A stretch of 64,000 nt of DNA from Felis catus (Eukaryota), in NCBI RefSeq assembly GCF_018350175.1, contig NC_058368.1:226362001-226426000 (forward strand), read 5' to 3'. Within the stretch, counting starts at the first letter, position 1. The number at the start of each line of letters is the position of its first letter. This document shows positions 1 through 11,543 of the stretch, piece by piece. Both the position numbers and the translations under genes were made by a program. Under the pieces are notes generated by a model, which was given only the letters and a program-made list of their open reading frames with translations, ran no database searches and was not told where the DNA came from.

Positions 1-573
1 TCAAAGTCATTGTTATATCTCTTTGTTGTATTACCTCCTTTATTATTACAGTGCCCTTCTTTGTCTCTTGTCACAGCCTTTGTTTAAAGTCTATATTTTG
101 TCCCATTGGGGCGCCTCGGTGTCTCAGTCAGTTAAGCGTCCGACTTCGGCTCAGGTCATGATCTCGCGGCCCGTGAGTTCGAGCCCCGCGACGGGCTCTG
201 TGCTGACAGCTCAGAGCCTGGAGCCTGCTTCAGATTCTGTGTCTCCCTCTCTCTCTGACCCTCCCCCGTTCATGCTTTGTCTCTCTCTGTCTCAAAAATA
301 AATAAAACATTAAAAAAAATAAAGTCTATTTTGTCTCATATAAGTATTGATACTCCCTCTTTCTCTTCACATTGATTTGCCGTGATAAACATTTCCCCAT
401 CCCCTCACTCTCAATCTGCATGTGTCTTTAGGCGTGAAATGAGTCTCTTGTTGGCAGCATATAGATGGCTCTTGTTTTTTTTAAATCCATTCTGACACCC
501 TATGTCTTTTGACGGGAGCATTTAGTCCGCTTACATTCAAAGCAATTTTCGATAGATATGTATTTATTGCCAT
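1..573 (-). pseudogene. Disrupted L1 ORF2p N-terminus (APE-like endonuclease)
   Basis: ATG at 573 (ATGGCAATAAATACATATCTATC). Translation gives LNVSGLNAPVKRHRV and CCQQETHFTPKDTCRLRVRGW, matching L1 EN motifs. Interrupted by a SINE. Confidence 0.85.
108..320 (+). mobile_element. CanSINE (SINEC_Fc-type) inserted in L1 ORF2
   Basis: GGGGCGCC head, A/B boxes, CT tract, AATAAA/A tail; imperfect TSD aaagtcta..ttttgtc.cat. Confidence 0.97.
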
Positions 574-944
574 TTTGGTACTTGTTTGTGGTTGTTCTTG
601 TAGTTCACTGGTTCTTCTCTTGCTCTCTTTCATGGCTTGCTAGCTTTCTATAGTGATGTGCTTGGATTCCTTTATCTTTCTTTTTTGCATATCTATTACT
701 GATTTTTGATTTGTGGTTAGCATTAGGTTTGTCTATAACATCTTCTGCCTATAGCAGTCCGTATTAAGTTGATGGTCACTCAGGTTTGAACCCATTCTTT
801 ACTCACCCCCAACATTTTAGGTATATGGTGTTATATTTAACATTGTTTTATTTTGGGAATCTCTTGACTGATCTTTACAGATATACTTTGTTTTACTGCT
901 TTTGTGTGTCCCACTTTTATAACTCTTACTTATGGTCTTTCCTT

Positions 945-974
945 TTCATTCAGAGAGTCTCCTTTACCCTTTTT

Positions 975-1023
<49 letters not shown>

Positions 1024-1890
1024 TTTCTTTCCTTCTTTTTTTTTAGAGGTGGTTTAGCGGTCATGAACTCCTTTAGCTTTTGTTTCTCTGAGAAATGTTA
1101 TCTTTCCTTCTGTTCTGAATGACAGCCTTGCTGGATACAGTATTCTCAGCTGCAGACTTTTTTTTTTCTTTTTAGCACTTTCTATATGTCATGCTACTCC
1201 CTTCTGGCTTGCAAAGTTTCTCATGAAAAATCCATTGATAGCCTTATGGAGTTTCCCTTGTATGTAACCATCTTCTTTTCTCTTCCTGCTTTTAAAATTC
1301 TCTATCAATAATTTTTGCCATTTTAATTATCTATGTCTTAAGGTGGACATCCTTGAGTTGATTTTGTTAGGGGATTTCTGTGCTCCTGGATCTGGATATC
1401 TGTTTCCTTTCCCAGGTTAAAGAAGTTTTCAGCTATTATTTCTTCAAATAAATTTTCTGCCCCCTTTTCTCTTTTTTGTCTTCTTTTGTCTTATAATGTG
1501 TATGTTACGCTTGATGGGATTCACTGAGTTCCCTACATCTATTTTCATTTTGTAGATATATTTTTTCTCTCACTTGCTCAGTTTGATTACTTTCCATTAC
1601 TCTGTTTTCCAGATCGCTAATTCATTCCTCTTCTTCTGGCCTGCTATTTATTCCATCAAGTATATTTTTCATTTCATTATAGTGTTCTTCATCTCTGATT
1701 GGTTCTTTCTTATCTCTTTATTAAGGAACTCACTGATGTCCTCCACTCTTTTCTCAAGTCCAGTGACTATCTTTATAATCATTACTTTAACTTCTCTATC
1801 AGGCATATTACTTATCTCTGTTTCACTTAGGTCTCTTGTTGTGGTTTTGCCCTGTTCTTTTATTTGGGACATCCTCCTCTGTCTCTTGAT
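945..1890 (-). pseudogene. Disrupted L1 ORF1p (RNA-binding/chaperone)
   Basis: Track ORF 1669-1872 MSQIKEQGKTTTRDLSETEISNMPDREVKVMIIK...KEIRKNQSEMKNTI matches the carnivore L1 ORF1p N-terminus/coiled coil. The reading frame is broken downstream and a (TTTC)n tract interrupts the C-terminal part. Confidence 0.85.
970..1045 (+). repeat. (TTTC)n microsatellite within L1 ORF1
   Basis: Seen directly. Confidence 0.95.
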
Positions 1891-3318
1891 TTTGTCTAAC
1901 TCTCTGTGTCTGTTCCTCTGTGTTAGGACAGTCAGCTACATCTCCTGCTGGGAGTAGTGGTCTTCTGAAGAAGAGATCCTTCAGTGCCCTGCAATGCAAT
2001 GTTCTCTGTTCACCAGAACCTGGTGTTTCAGGGTGCTTCCTACGTGTGCTGTGGGTGCCCTGCTGTTGTATCCTGGCTGCTTTTTCCTTTGTTCCAGTAG
2101 TCTGCAAATGCTCTCTTTTCCTGCTGTAGATAGGGTTGGGTCCCTGCCCAGGGTGGGGCACACAGTTTTAGGAAGATGTATGTCAGTCAGCTAGTGAAAG
2201 GAGACCTGCTGCTGCCACTGCTGGGACTCAGGCTCTGCAAATCATGCCAGTTGGGAGATGCAGTGTTGGCAAAGTTCACGCCAGTCTTCTGGGAGAGGGG
2301 GCCCACGGTTCCAGGACTGAGGCAAGTTAAGACTGGAAAGGGTGGCTCCAAGGAAGCATGGTGGGGTTTGGTGTGAACAAGTAGGGTAGTGAATTTCAGA
2401 GCCATGATGGTTCTCACAGGTGGCCATGTGTTTACGCTGCATGGGCAGTGGAGGGAAATGGCACCTGCCAGCTCCTTTGTTTCTGGAGAAGTCCCTCAGT
2501 GAACCCTGCGCCTCCTGGACATGCTCCAAAATGAGTAAACTATTCTCCTTCCTGTATGTTCCAGGCATTCTGCAAACTGCTGCCTCTGCCTTGTAGCTTT
2601 GTGGGCTGTTTGTCATGCTGTTTCTTTAAGAATGGGGACTCAGCTTCTTCTCACCTTCCAGGCTCTCCCAGAACTGAACCCACAGATTTGAAAAATTCTA
2701 GGCATTAAGTCCTGTTGGTTGTAAAAACTCATAAAATTCAGCTCCTGTTGTTTTCAAAGCCAAATGTTATGGGGATTTGTCTTACCCATGTGGGCTCCCT
2801 CGTGTGACAGCCTGTTTCTCTCCCTGCTCTGTACCCATGGATCCCTTCCCCCACTGGGTGGCTGCAGTCCCTTTATTCCCCACGGCATCTCCAAATGCAT
2901 CTCTGCGCTTCCTACTCTGTTCAATATGGCCTCTTCTCTACCTTCAGTTATGGAGTTTGTTCTGCCAGTCTTCGGGTCATTTCCTGGGTCATTTACACTG
3001 ATGTGAGTGTTACCTATTTGTATCTGTGGGACAAGGTGAGCATAGGCTCCTCTTACCCTACCATCTTCCCAACCTTCTCCAGAGCAGATGGCTTTTGAAA
3101 TTTACCAACACTGCAGTTTTCCCTGCAGACATTTTTTGAGGAAAATTTTTTTCAAAAATAAATATATAAACTGATAATGAAATCTGTTCAAGGTAGACTC
3201 AATGAGTTACCTTGTGGTAGGATGGATGGTTGCATGGAGGGGTGGACAGACAGCCAAAGGTGTAAGAGGAAAAAAGTATAAAGTCTGCAAAAAAGACATG
3301 TCTGGTTAATTACAATTT

Positions 3319-3534
3319 TTTAAAAAAAAATGTTTGTTTATTTATTTATTTATTTATTTAGAGGACACAAGTGGGGGAAGAATAGAGAGAGAGGGAGGGA
3401 GAGAAAATCCCAAGTAGGCTCCACACTGTCGGCATAGAGCCTGATGTGGGGCTCAAACTCACCAACTATGAGATCCTGACCTGAGCCAAAATCAAGGGTC
3501 AGAGGCTTAAGCGACTGAGCCACCCAGGCACCCC
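3319..3534 (-). mobile_element. CanSINE, older subfamily
   Basis: Reverse-complement head/tail; degenerate TSD tggttaa(t/c)t(a/g)caa. Confidence 0.95.
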
Positions 3535-4532
3535 TGGTTAACTGCAAATATAAGAATTAGAGAAGAGGTTACCAATGATGAATATGTAAGACTCTGTAAG
3601 AAAGACAGAGACACACATATGAAAGTGTCATGAAAGCAGAATGTGAGAATTTAAGGAAATGAGCATGTATTTCCGTCACGAGATGTGTATTTTGTGGCCT
3701 GTGTCTCTTAATGATACTGGGAAGGTGGATATACACAAAAGACTGAAATCAAATGAAAAATACACAGCACCGATGTCGACAGGAATATATAGAGAATGGA
3801 TGGCAAGCAGTACACAGGGATAGCCGCTGGGTACGAAAATGCAGTAGGTTGGGCTGCTGCAAATTCTAGGATTACAGATTTATAGGCAGAAAAGAAAGTG
3901 ACGATTCATTCTTTCGTTGGATCATTTACCACACATTATTACTGTGCTTGAGTGCCCAGTGGGGTCTAGGAAGGGAGGAGGTTTTGCATTTGACTGGATT
4001 CTAAAGCAAATATTCCTAGCCCAACTCCTTTCTGTACCACAGTCCCATTCAAGGACCTCCACAGCAAAGATTTTGACCTCTCCAATTTCTTGCATCCTTT
4101 AGGGAGCGAGAAACATGACCCTTTTGAGAATGTGCTCAAATCAGCCTAAACCCAGGATGGTAAGGGATAGAACAGTTTGTCTAAGCCTGGAACAAAAGAC
4201 AGTTTTCAGAAGTCCAAGGTAAAAACAATGACTACAGAATCTCCCAGTAGCATAAAACATTTGAACTCAACAATATTTTTGGTAAGCTTTTGGACTTACT
4301 CAAAATGGTGCAATCTTTGTTTGATACAAAGGACATCTTAAGGCAAATAAATATAATTATACTTTTTTATTCATATTTTCATCTATTGACTAAAGGAAGA
4401 GAAAGTTTAAGCACTGGTGATTACATTAATGATTTAAAACATTCCAAGTATGTAATTTATGTGGGAACAATACATTTAGTGTACTTAGGTTACTTTACAT
4501 ATGTAAAGACTACCAAAAAATATAGCTATCTT

Positions 4533-4726
4533 GGGGCGCCTGACTTCGGCTCAGGTCATGATCTCACGGTCCGTGAGTTCGAGCCCTGCATCGGGCTCTG
4601 CCCTGACAGCTCCGAGCCTGGAGCTTGCTTTGGATTCTGTGTCTCCCTCTCTCTCTGCCCCTCCCCTGCTCATGCTCTGTCTCTCTCTGTCTCAAAGAGA
4701 AAATAAAATATTAAAAAAAAATTTTT
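4533..4726 (+). mobile_element. CanSINE with A-box deletion
   Basis: GGGGCGCC joins directly to TGACTTCGG; perfect 17-bp TSD aaaaatatagctatctt. Confidence 0.96.
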
Positions 4727-5504
4727 AAAAATATAGCTATCTTATTCTGGGGGAAAAATAAAACCCAATAAATTTGTTTTCTCATGGTTTCAAAAGTCCA
4801 TGCAAAAATTTTGCATCTTTAGTAATTATAGTACAGTATCAAAAATATTCAAGGCATCTCATACACTCATGCTTATTAGACACGTTTTCCTCTAACTAGA
4901 GAGCTGCCTGTTTCGCACAAGTTTTTATTTTCAAACCACTGCTGTTTACACGCGAGGAAGTCATATTTACATTACCCTGGCCTTTCAAAGTCAAAATTTA
5001 CAAAGCTACTCTGCATTTTCCCCCTCTGATTACCAAAACTTTTCTGCAAGATGCTTTCCATTATAAATTATCTTTCTGCTCAAGAACGCTTGCCATAAAA
5101 AACAAGGTTTCTTTTCTTAGCTTAAACTCAAGCTTAAAAAAATAGATCTCTAAAACCTCACTAGTGAAAAAAAAATACAATCTGAGGGATCTTTTTCCTT
5201 CTTGTTTTCTTTCAAAATATTTTCTTTTAATGTGGTTCACATAATGTACACACCCCAGAACTTAGTTAAGGTATTGGTTGTATAAAGTGGAAATTTATAT
5301 AGACAAGGTTAATTTTGCATTTTACCTGGAGAAAGTTACCTCTAGGACCCAAAGATTCTTTCCAGGATTGTCGTCCAGAAGGTGGCACCCCCCCAGCGGG
5401 ATCAGATTGTGACAAAGACTTCTGTCCAAGAACAAAAACCTGCTTTGTTAGTCACGTGGACCAGTCCCATAAGGATAGGGCTACAGTGATTGATCCTTGC
5501 AGTC

Positions 5505-5711
5505 TTTTTTTTTTTAAGTTTATTTATTTATTTTGAAAGAGAGACAGAGCGAGTGGGGGGACAGGCGGAGACAATGGGAGAGAGAGAATTCCAAGCAGCC
5601 TGTGTGCTGTCAGCACAGAGCCCGACGTGGGGCTCAAACTCATAAACCACAAGTACGCGACCTGAGCCGAAATCAAGAGACGCTTAAGCCACTGAGCCAC
5701 CGAGGTGCCCC
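5505..5711 (-). mobile_element. CanSINE
   Basis: Perfect TSD tgatccttgcagtc (5491-5504 / 5712-5725). Confidence 0.96.
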
Positions 5712-6589
5712 TGATCCTTGCAGTCATGATGAGGATGATGAAGCTTCTCTCCTGTCAGGGCATATGGTCTAGTGAAATGCCTGGCTCAGTCTTTATGCTG
5801 AGCACCAGTTCCCCAGTGTATCCAGTTTTTGACCCTATACGATGCTGGGTATGGATCGTCTTTGACCTTTAATTTTTCTAAAAGGAAACAGTCATACTTC
5901 TAAGGAAGCTTTTAAAGTGCATTGTTCTAAAGAACATAAATGTAATCAATGAAATGTAGAGAATGGCATCTTTAGAAATGCAGTTTGATTTTGTCTCCAA
6001 CGTGAATATCTACAAAAGATGTTTTAGGAAAGTAATGCCAGAGGAAATAACAGGTGACCTCAGAAACTATGTGAGAGTCCTGGGTTAAATTCATCAGCCT
6101 TATGGTTTTATCCTAGGTTGAAATGATGACTTCTCAGCACCTTTCTTTTTCTTATCTATAATATGGCAAAGGGAGATGACCTTATACTACTTATCCTTTA
6201 AAGGAACGTAGGATGCTTCATCCCTGTGAGAATTCACTGCTATTAGATGCCATCCTTTGCAAAAGGCAAGGGGATGTTCTTCTTATGGTTGAGCCTCTTT
6301 TGAGAATTTCCGTTTGAAGGTCTCAGATGCAAACTCTTTGACAGGCATCAGTAGTCAATGACATTAATTTAATCATATTTTAATTTTTTATTGCTCATCA
6401 TAATTTATTTTTATTAGAAATTATCATCTATTTATCACAAGTGATGCTGGCCTTTCAAGTATGTGGCTTTTAGGCAATAACTGAAGTTTACTTTTAATGA
6501 TGTTAAATGCATGGTAGTACAGGTGGTAAGGAGATCGCAGCAAAAGTCATGACAGCATTCGTCAGTGTCTTAAGTTAAGGGAACGCTGT

Positions 6590-6760
6590 TAAGGTCAAAA
6601 AGAACATTGAATACAGATGGCCCTGGGTTCCTGTCTCTGCTCTACGACGTACAACCTGCATCGTCTAAGGCAAGCAGCCTAGAGCTTCACAAGCCATAAG
6701 CCTCTTCTTTTGTAAACTGGAAATAATTCCACTCATTTTATAGAGTAATTAGATGAAGTC
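6590..6760 (+). mobile_element. MIR fragment
   Basis: cctgggttcctgtctctgctct...aagcctcttcttttgtaaactggaaataat resembles the MIR core. Confidence 0.55.
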
Positions 6761-7087
6761 TATGAAAACTGGTATTGTTATCGGTAGAAGCATTTGACAA
6801 AAATTATACAGTCTCTCAGAGGACGTCATGGGGAAAAAATTCTGGGCCCTCCCGTTGTGGAGCTAGGTTTTAAGGGGTATCTGGTATCCACAGTCCCATC
6901 TTTATGAGTATTGTTGCCTCCGTAAACTTTTGAAATATCTTTCATGCTGGTGGGGAATGAGAGGGGGGAATATCATACAAATCCATGTCTCCAGCACACA
7001 ACATACTTAACTCTTGCTGAACGCAATATGGCCGTTGCGTTTATTGGCGAAGGGATGTTGTAATTTTGAAATCCCTTTCTCATGGTT

Positions 7088-7804
7088 TGTGGGGAACAAG
7101 CTTAGGGATTCCCTGAGCTTGCACTGAGGGGCTCACAAGGCATAAAGAATTAGAAAGCCATAGGATGAACACACCCAAGTTTGGGTAAACAAGATTAGGT
7201 AAACAGGGCAAAGGCCCCCCAGTCTAGGACAAAGATGGAGGAATAGAAAAGGCTCAGGATGAAAGCATCAAGAGTGAGGTAAACAAGATTAGGTATTCAG
7301 GGCGGTAACACTCCCCAACTTGGTACAATAGCAGAAAGCTGCTTTCGTAGGAAGGAAGGACCAAATTCGGTAAACAGGTAAACAGGGCTATAGACAGCAG
7401 CGGGGTGAAGCTGTCCAGAGGGGAGCTAATTAGCAAAAGAAAGGTGCCTTGTGGACCCTGAGGTAGCATGCTCTGTCTTTCTTGTACCCTAGGCAAGTTT
7501 ACATAAACACAGGTGGAGCCTCAGTCTGCTGCAAACAGCCATCTGCCTGGCACCAGGACTTTGTTTTGTATTGGCCCAAACTCCTAACACCGCATATCCT
7601 CCAAACCCCCTTTCCTTCACACCCATGAGTTAATGTCCATGGATCCATTGTCTCTTTGTGCACATCCATCATTCTTGTAAACCTCTGATCTTAATAAAGA
7701 TGGGGCAAGGACCCTTAGTTGGGGCTCTTGTCTCCTCCCAGACATTAGCCTCTCTTGCATTTTAATCCTGCATTTGCTCTCTTGCTGGACAAGAGTCTAC
7801 GACA
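7088..7804 (+). mobile_element. Solo ERV LTR (~717 bp), possibly class II/ERVK-like
   Basis: Starts TGTGGGG and ends ACA. Flanked by ATGGTT/ATAGTT (6-bp TSD, 1 mismatch). Internal repeats, TATA-like CATAAAA ~7502, AATAAA 7693-7698. Confidence 0.8.
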
Positions 7805-7959
7805 ATAGTTTATTTAAGAAAACATATTTTTATACAATATAGTGGACCTGCTGTCTCATTTAGATTTCTCCCATGGCTTTTGAAATACCATCCTCTCTTC
7901 TCCTTTTTCTTTCTTCTTCTCAGATGCCGTTTGCTCCCCCTCTTCTGTGGTGTACCAAT

Positions 7960-8800
7960 TATATATTGCTATTTCCCCAAGGTTTTCATTCTTTACTCTT
8001 TGTTAGCATCTGGCCTTCCCTGAGATGGGGGGAGGTGGGTTCATGCACTCACACGGCTTCAGCAATTGCCCATAAGCTCATGACTCCCCAAACTCAATCT
8101 CCAGTCTGGACCAGGCTGTGTATCTCTCTCAAATATTAAACACATGTCTCCAAATACCTGCCATACCATTGCTACCTAATATATGATGGACCTAGCCATA
8201 TGAGACTAGGCAAACTAAACTTATTAACATTGACCTAAAAATTCAGCTCCATAGGTGCAGAATTCAGGAGCTCATGAGCCACTTGTGGTCAGTGGCTATG
8301 GTACTGGACAGGACAGATACAGAAAAATTCCACTGCAGAGAGTGTTAGTGGACAACGCTATCTATCCTTTCCCTGAAAGGATATCTAGTCCTTTCCCTGA
8401 AAGTGTACTGGATATACCTTGGTTACAATACACACAAGGCTGAACACATCAATGTCTTTGCAGAGCAGAGTCTCCTTCCCTTCCATTCCATGTTGCTGTT
8501 AATGGTACCAATACTTGTCAGGTCTGCCTCCTAAGCTAAAAACCTGGGAATGATTTTGAATCCTACCCATATCTGACCAGGTGGTTAGCTTGTGGAACTA
8601 ACAGTCCCCTCTCCCCTTTTTCCATGGCTGCCATCCCACTTGGAAGTTTTCAACATCTGTCTCCTCTCAATAATTCCTTACCTGAGAGTGCTGACTCTTC
8701 CTTCTAAACCCACCACTTTCATATAGCCTTTGCCCTGCGTTTTGTGTTAACCTTCTAAAATATGGTCCAACCTCCTGCCCCCAAACCTTGAATGACTCAT
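7960..8800. mobile_element. L2 relic fragments, interrupted by a MER3-like MITE
   Basis: atgactccccaaactcaatctccag and aaaacctgggaatgattttgaatcc resemble L2 3' region consensus. Confidence 0.55.
8190..8360. mobile_element. MER3-like hAT-Charlie MITE
   Basis: aaaattcagctcc...agccacttgtggtcagtggctatggtactggacag...gtggacaacgct resembles MER3/MER33. Confidence 0.7.
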
Positions 8801-8806
8801 TCCTTC

Positions 8807-9495
8807 TGTTGTGGGTTGAGTTGTGTCCCTGGCAAGATATGTTGAAGTTCTAATGGTATGGGTGAATGTGACCTTATTTAGAAGTAGGGTCTTCGTGGGG
8901 CACCTGGGTGGCTCAGTTGGTTAAGTGTCCAACTTTGGCTCAGGTCATGATCTCGCCGTTTGTGAGTTCCAGCCCCACGTTGAGCCCTGTGCTGACAGCT
9001 CAGAGCCTGGAGCCTGCTTCAGATTCTGTCTCCGTCTCTCTTGCCCCTCCCCTGCTCATGCTCTGTCTCTCTCTCATTGTCTCAAAATAAACATTAAAAA
9101 AAAATTAAAAAAAAAAGACGTAGAGTCTTCGAAGATGGAATCAAGTTAAGATGAGGTCTTACTCAATTACAGTGGTCCCTAATCCAATATGATTCGGTGT
9201 CCTTATGAAAAGAAGAAACAGAGACACAGGGAGAGAAGACAGAAACACATGGACACAAAGGTAACAATGGCAGCTTAAAGCTGGGAGCAGAGATTGGAGT
9301 GATGCTATCATAAGCCAAGGAATGTGTAGGGGCACCAGGAGCTGAAAGAGACAAGGTTGGATCCTCTTCCATGTTTCTAACAACACCTTGATTTCATACT
9401 TCCAGATTCCAGAACTGTGAGAACATAAATTCTGTTGTTTTTTAAACCACCTGGTTTGTGGTACTTTGTAACCACAGCTCCTGGAAATCTAGACA
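8807..9495 (+). mobile_element. MLT1 (MaLR) solo LTR, MLT1B/C-like, split by a SINE
   Basis: tgttgtgggttgagttgtgtccc...gaatgtgaccttattt...ccagaactgtgagaacataaattctgttg...gtggtactttgt. Confidence 0.88.
8897..9115 (+). mobile_element. CanSINE inserted in MLT1
   Basis: TSD aga(a/c)gtag(g/a)gtcttcg. Confidence 0.96.
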
Positions 9496-9649
9496 CATCT
9501 TTTGACACCTTTTTACTCAATGCTTTCTACGTGTCAGACATTATACTAAGCACTACTCAGGGAATAAAGTTCAATTTTTTAGACTATGCAGGAGACCAGA
9601 AGTTCTATTCCCCCAGATTAAGTGTAGATTCCTAGTCATACCTCAAGTC

Positions 9650-9880
9650 CCGGGTGGGAAGTCCACTTCTCTGGCAATCTTTCCAGATCCACTGGGGCTA
9701 AATAATTTACTTTATAGTGTTTCCCTTGATATCATATCCACCTGTATGTTAGCCCTTTTCACATAGTGTCTCTCTTCTCACTAGACTGTGAGCACCTCGA
9801 AGCCAGGAGGTGTCTCACTCATCTCCAAGTGATTCCAGAGTCTTTCCTTGATTCAGCCATCCAGCAATCATTCAACTAAT
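9650..9880 (+). mobile_element. L2 3' end fragment
   Basis: cactagactgtgagcacctcgaagccagg...tctcactcatct. Confidence 0.55.
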
Positions 9881-10168
9881 GCACCACAAGGAATGCTCTT
9901 TGCTTGGTTCTACCACAGATCCCTTTCAGTTTTCTTTTGGTTGCTGTTGGAAACATTTATAGGAACTACTTGGAGGAAGGAGGTGTTTCAGATTGCGGAA
10001 GAAGTTGGAGCATCTCTGTGCCTTATCAACATTTCATTTTTAGGTCTATTTTCTTTGTCCCTCCACTTAATATTGGCTGAGGTAGTACACACACTGAGCT
10101 TAACGGTACTCATCTACTCAGAAGATATTTAGAAAGACACATGCACACATAAAAACAGTCTCTTGCAT

Positions 10169-10380
10169 GGGGCGCCTGGGAGGCTCGGTCGGTTGAGCGA
10201 GTTCGACTTCGGCTTAGGTCATGATCTCATGGTTCGGGAGTTCGAGCCCGGCATCGGGCTCTGTGCTGACAGCTCAGAGCCTGCAGCCTGCTTCAGATTC
10301 CGTGTCCCCTTCTGTTTCCGCCCCACCCCTGCTTGTGCTCTGTCTTTCAAAAAGGAATAAACATATAAAAAAATAAAAAA
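10169..10380 (+). mobile_element. CanSINE
   Basis: TSD aaaaacagtct(c/t)ttgca. Confidence 0.96.
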
Positions 10381-11327
10381 AAAAACAGTCTTTTGCAGCA
10401 CACATCACCTAAAGTTTCCCAGAGTCAAATTCTTAGTGCTTTTTGTCCCGATGCCCTTGCTATTGTAGTTTACTCACATCTCTGTTCACTCCTAGTAACA
10501 GTGAACCATAAAAACTCACGATAAATAAAAAAAGAATGACACTTTTACATTGGCTCAGAACTGTAAGACTTATTTTAAGTTCAGTTACCTAAAACGGAAG
10601 AGGAACTCCCCCCACCCCCACCCCCCTGAACTGATTCACACATCGGTTGTAAGAAGCACAACTGGCTTTTTCTTCACAGTGCGGGAAAGACGGTGATATT
10701 TATTTGCCGTTCTCTAGAGAGCTCATGGATAGCTTTCCAAAGCTTGGGAAATGAGCCAGCTCTTGTCTTGACAAGGGAAGAAACACAGAGATTTTCATGA
10801 AAAGCCCTGCAATCCATACCATTCAACCTTCAAGTTATACTTTATATGGCGGCCTTAATTGTTTTCTATCTTCAATTGTCAGATAATGCTTCCACCTTCT
10901 TTCCCCATGAACAGCTGCCAGATCCCAACGTTTGCATCTTTCAATTTGAAAGATGCAATACATGCTAGAGTATTGAATTTAGATTCTGACAAAGAGAAAC
11001 TTCGAAATCGTCAGTTCGCAGCAGAAAGCAGGCCTCACAGGGAGCTCTAGCGTAGCTCACACATTCAACTTTCCAGTGAGGGAAAAAGCGAAATCTCCAG
11101 TAAACTTAGGAGCATGTACGAGAGTAGTAATTAATTAGAATGTTCCCAAAGCAAAGCAAATCCTTGCATTTCCTTAGCCATTTGAAAAGACGATCCACTG
11201 TTGTTTAAATTCTTACAACGATTTGTTTTAATGTAAAAATACATGTAAAGCATTTATTATATACAAGGCACTGTCTTATGCACTACAGAAATATTGATTC
11301 ATAAATGCAAAATCCCTATTACATTTT

Positions 11328-11543
11328 TAAATTTTTTTTTCAACGTTTATTTATTTTTGCGACAGAGAGAGACAGAGCATGAACGGGGGAGGGGCAGAGA
11401 GAGAGGGAGACACAGAATCGGAAACAGGCTCCAGGCTCTGAGCCATCAGCCCAGAGCCTGACGCGGGGCTCGAACTCACGGACTGCGAGATCGTGACCTG
11501 GCTGAAGTCGGAGGCTTAACCGACTGCACCACCCAGGCGCCCC
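11328..11543 (-). mobile_element. Young Felis-type SINEC_Fc
   Basis: Diagnostic cagccagg / tgggctgatggctc variant; TSD cctattac(a/g)ttttt. Confidence 0.97.

Larger units (their letters stand above)
1..3080 (-). mobile_element. LINE-1, 5' portion (5'UTR, ORF1, inter-ORF spacer, start of ORF2); old carnivore-type, decayed; continues beyond the window start
   Basis: Minus strand begins GGAGAAGGTTGGGAAGATGG (~3080), then an ORF1p-like peptide and endonuclease-like sequence. The plus strand is T-rich, as expected for antisense L1. Confidence 0.93.

Noticed and set aside
23-301. Recurrent 'AQSVKRPTSAQVMIS' ORFs across the window
   Set aside because: Translations of CanSINEs.
7056-7087. Alternative LTR start TGTTGTA, inverted to the TACGACA end
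   Set aside because: No target-site duplication at this boundary, whereas 7088 gives a 5/6 match; not fully excluded.
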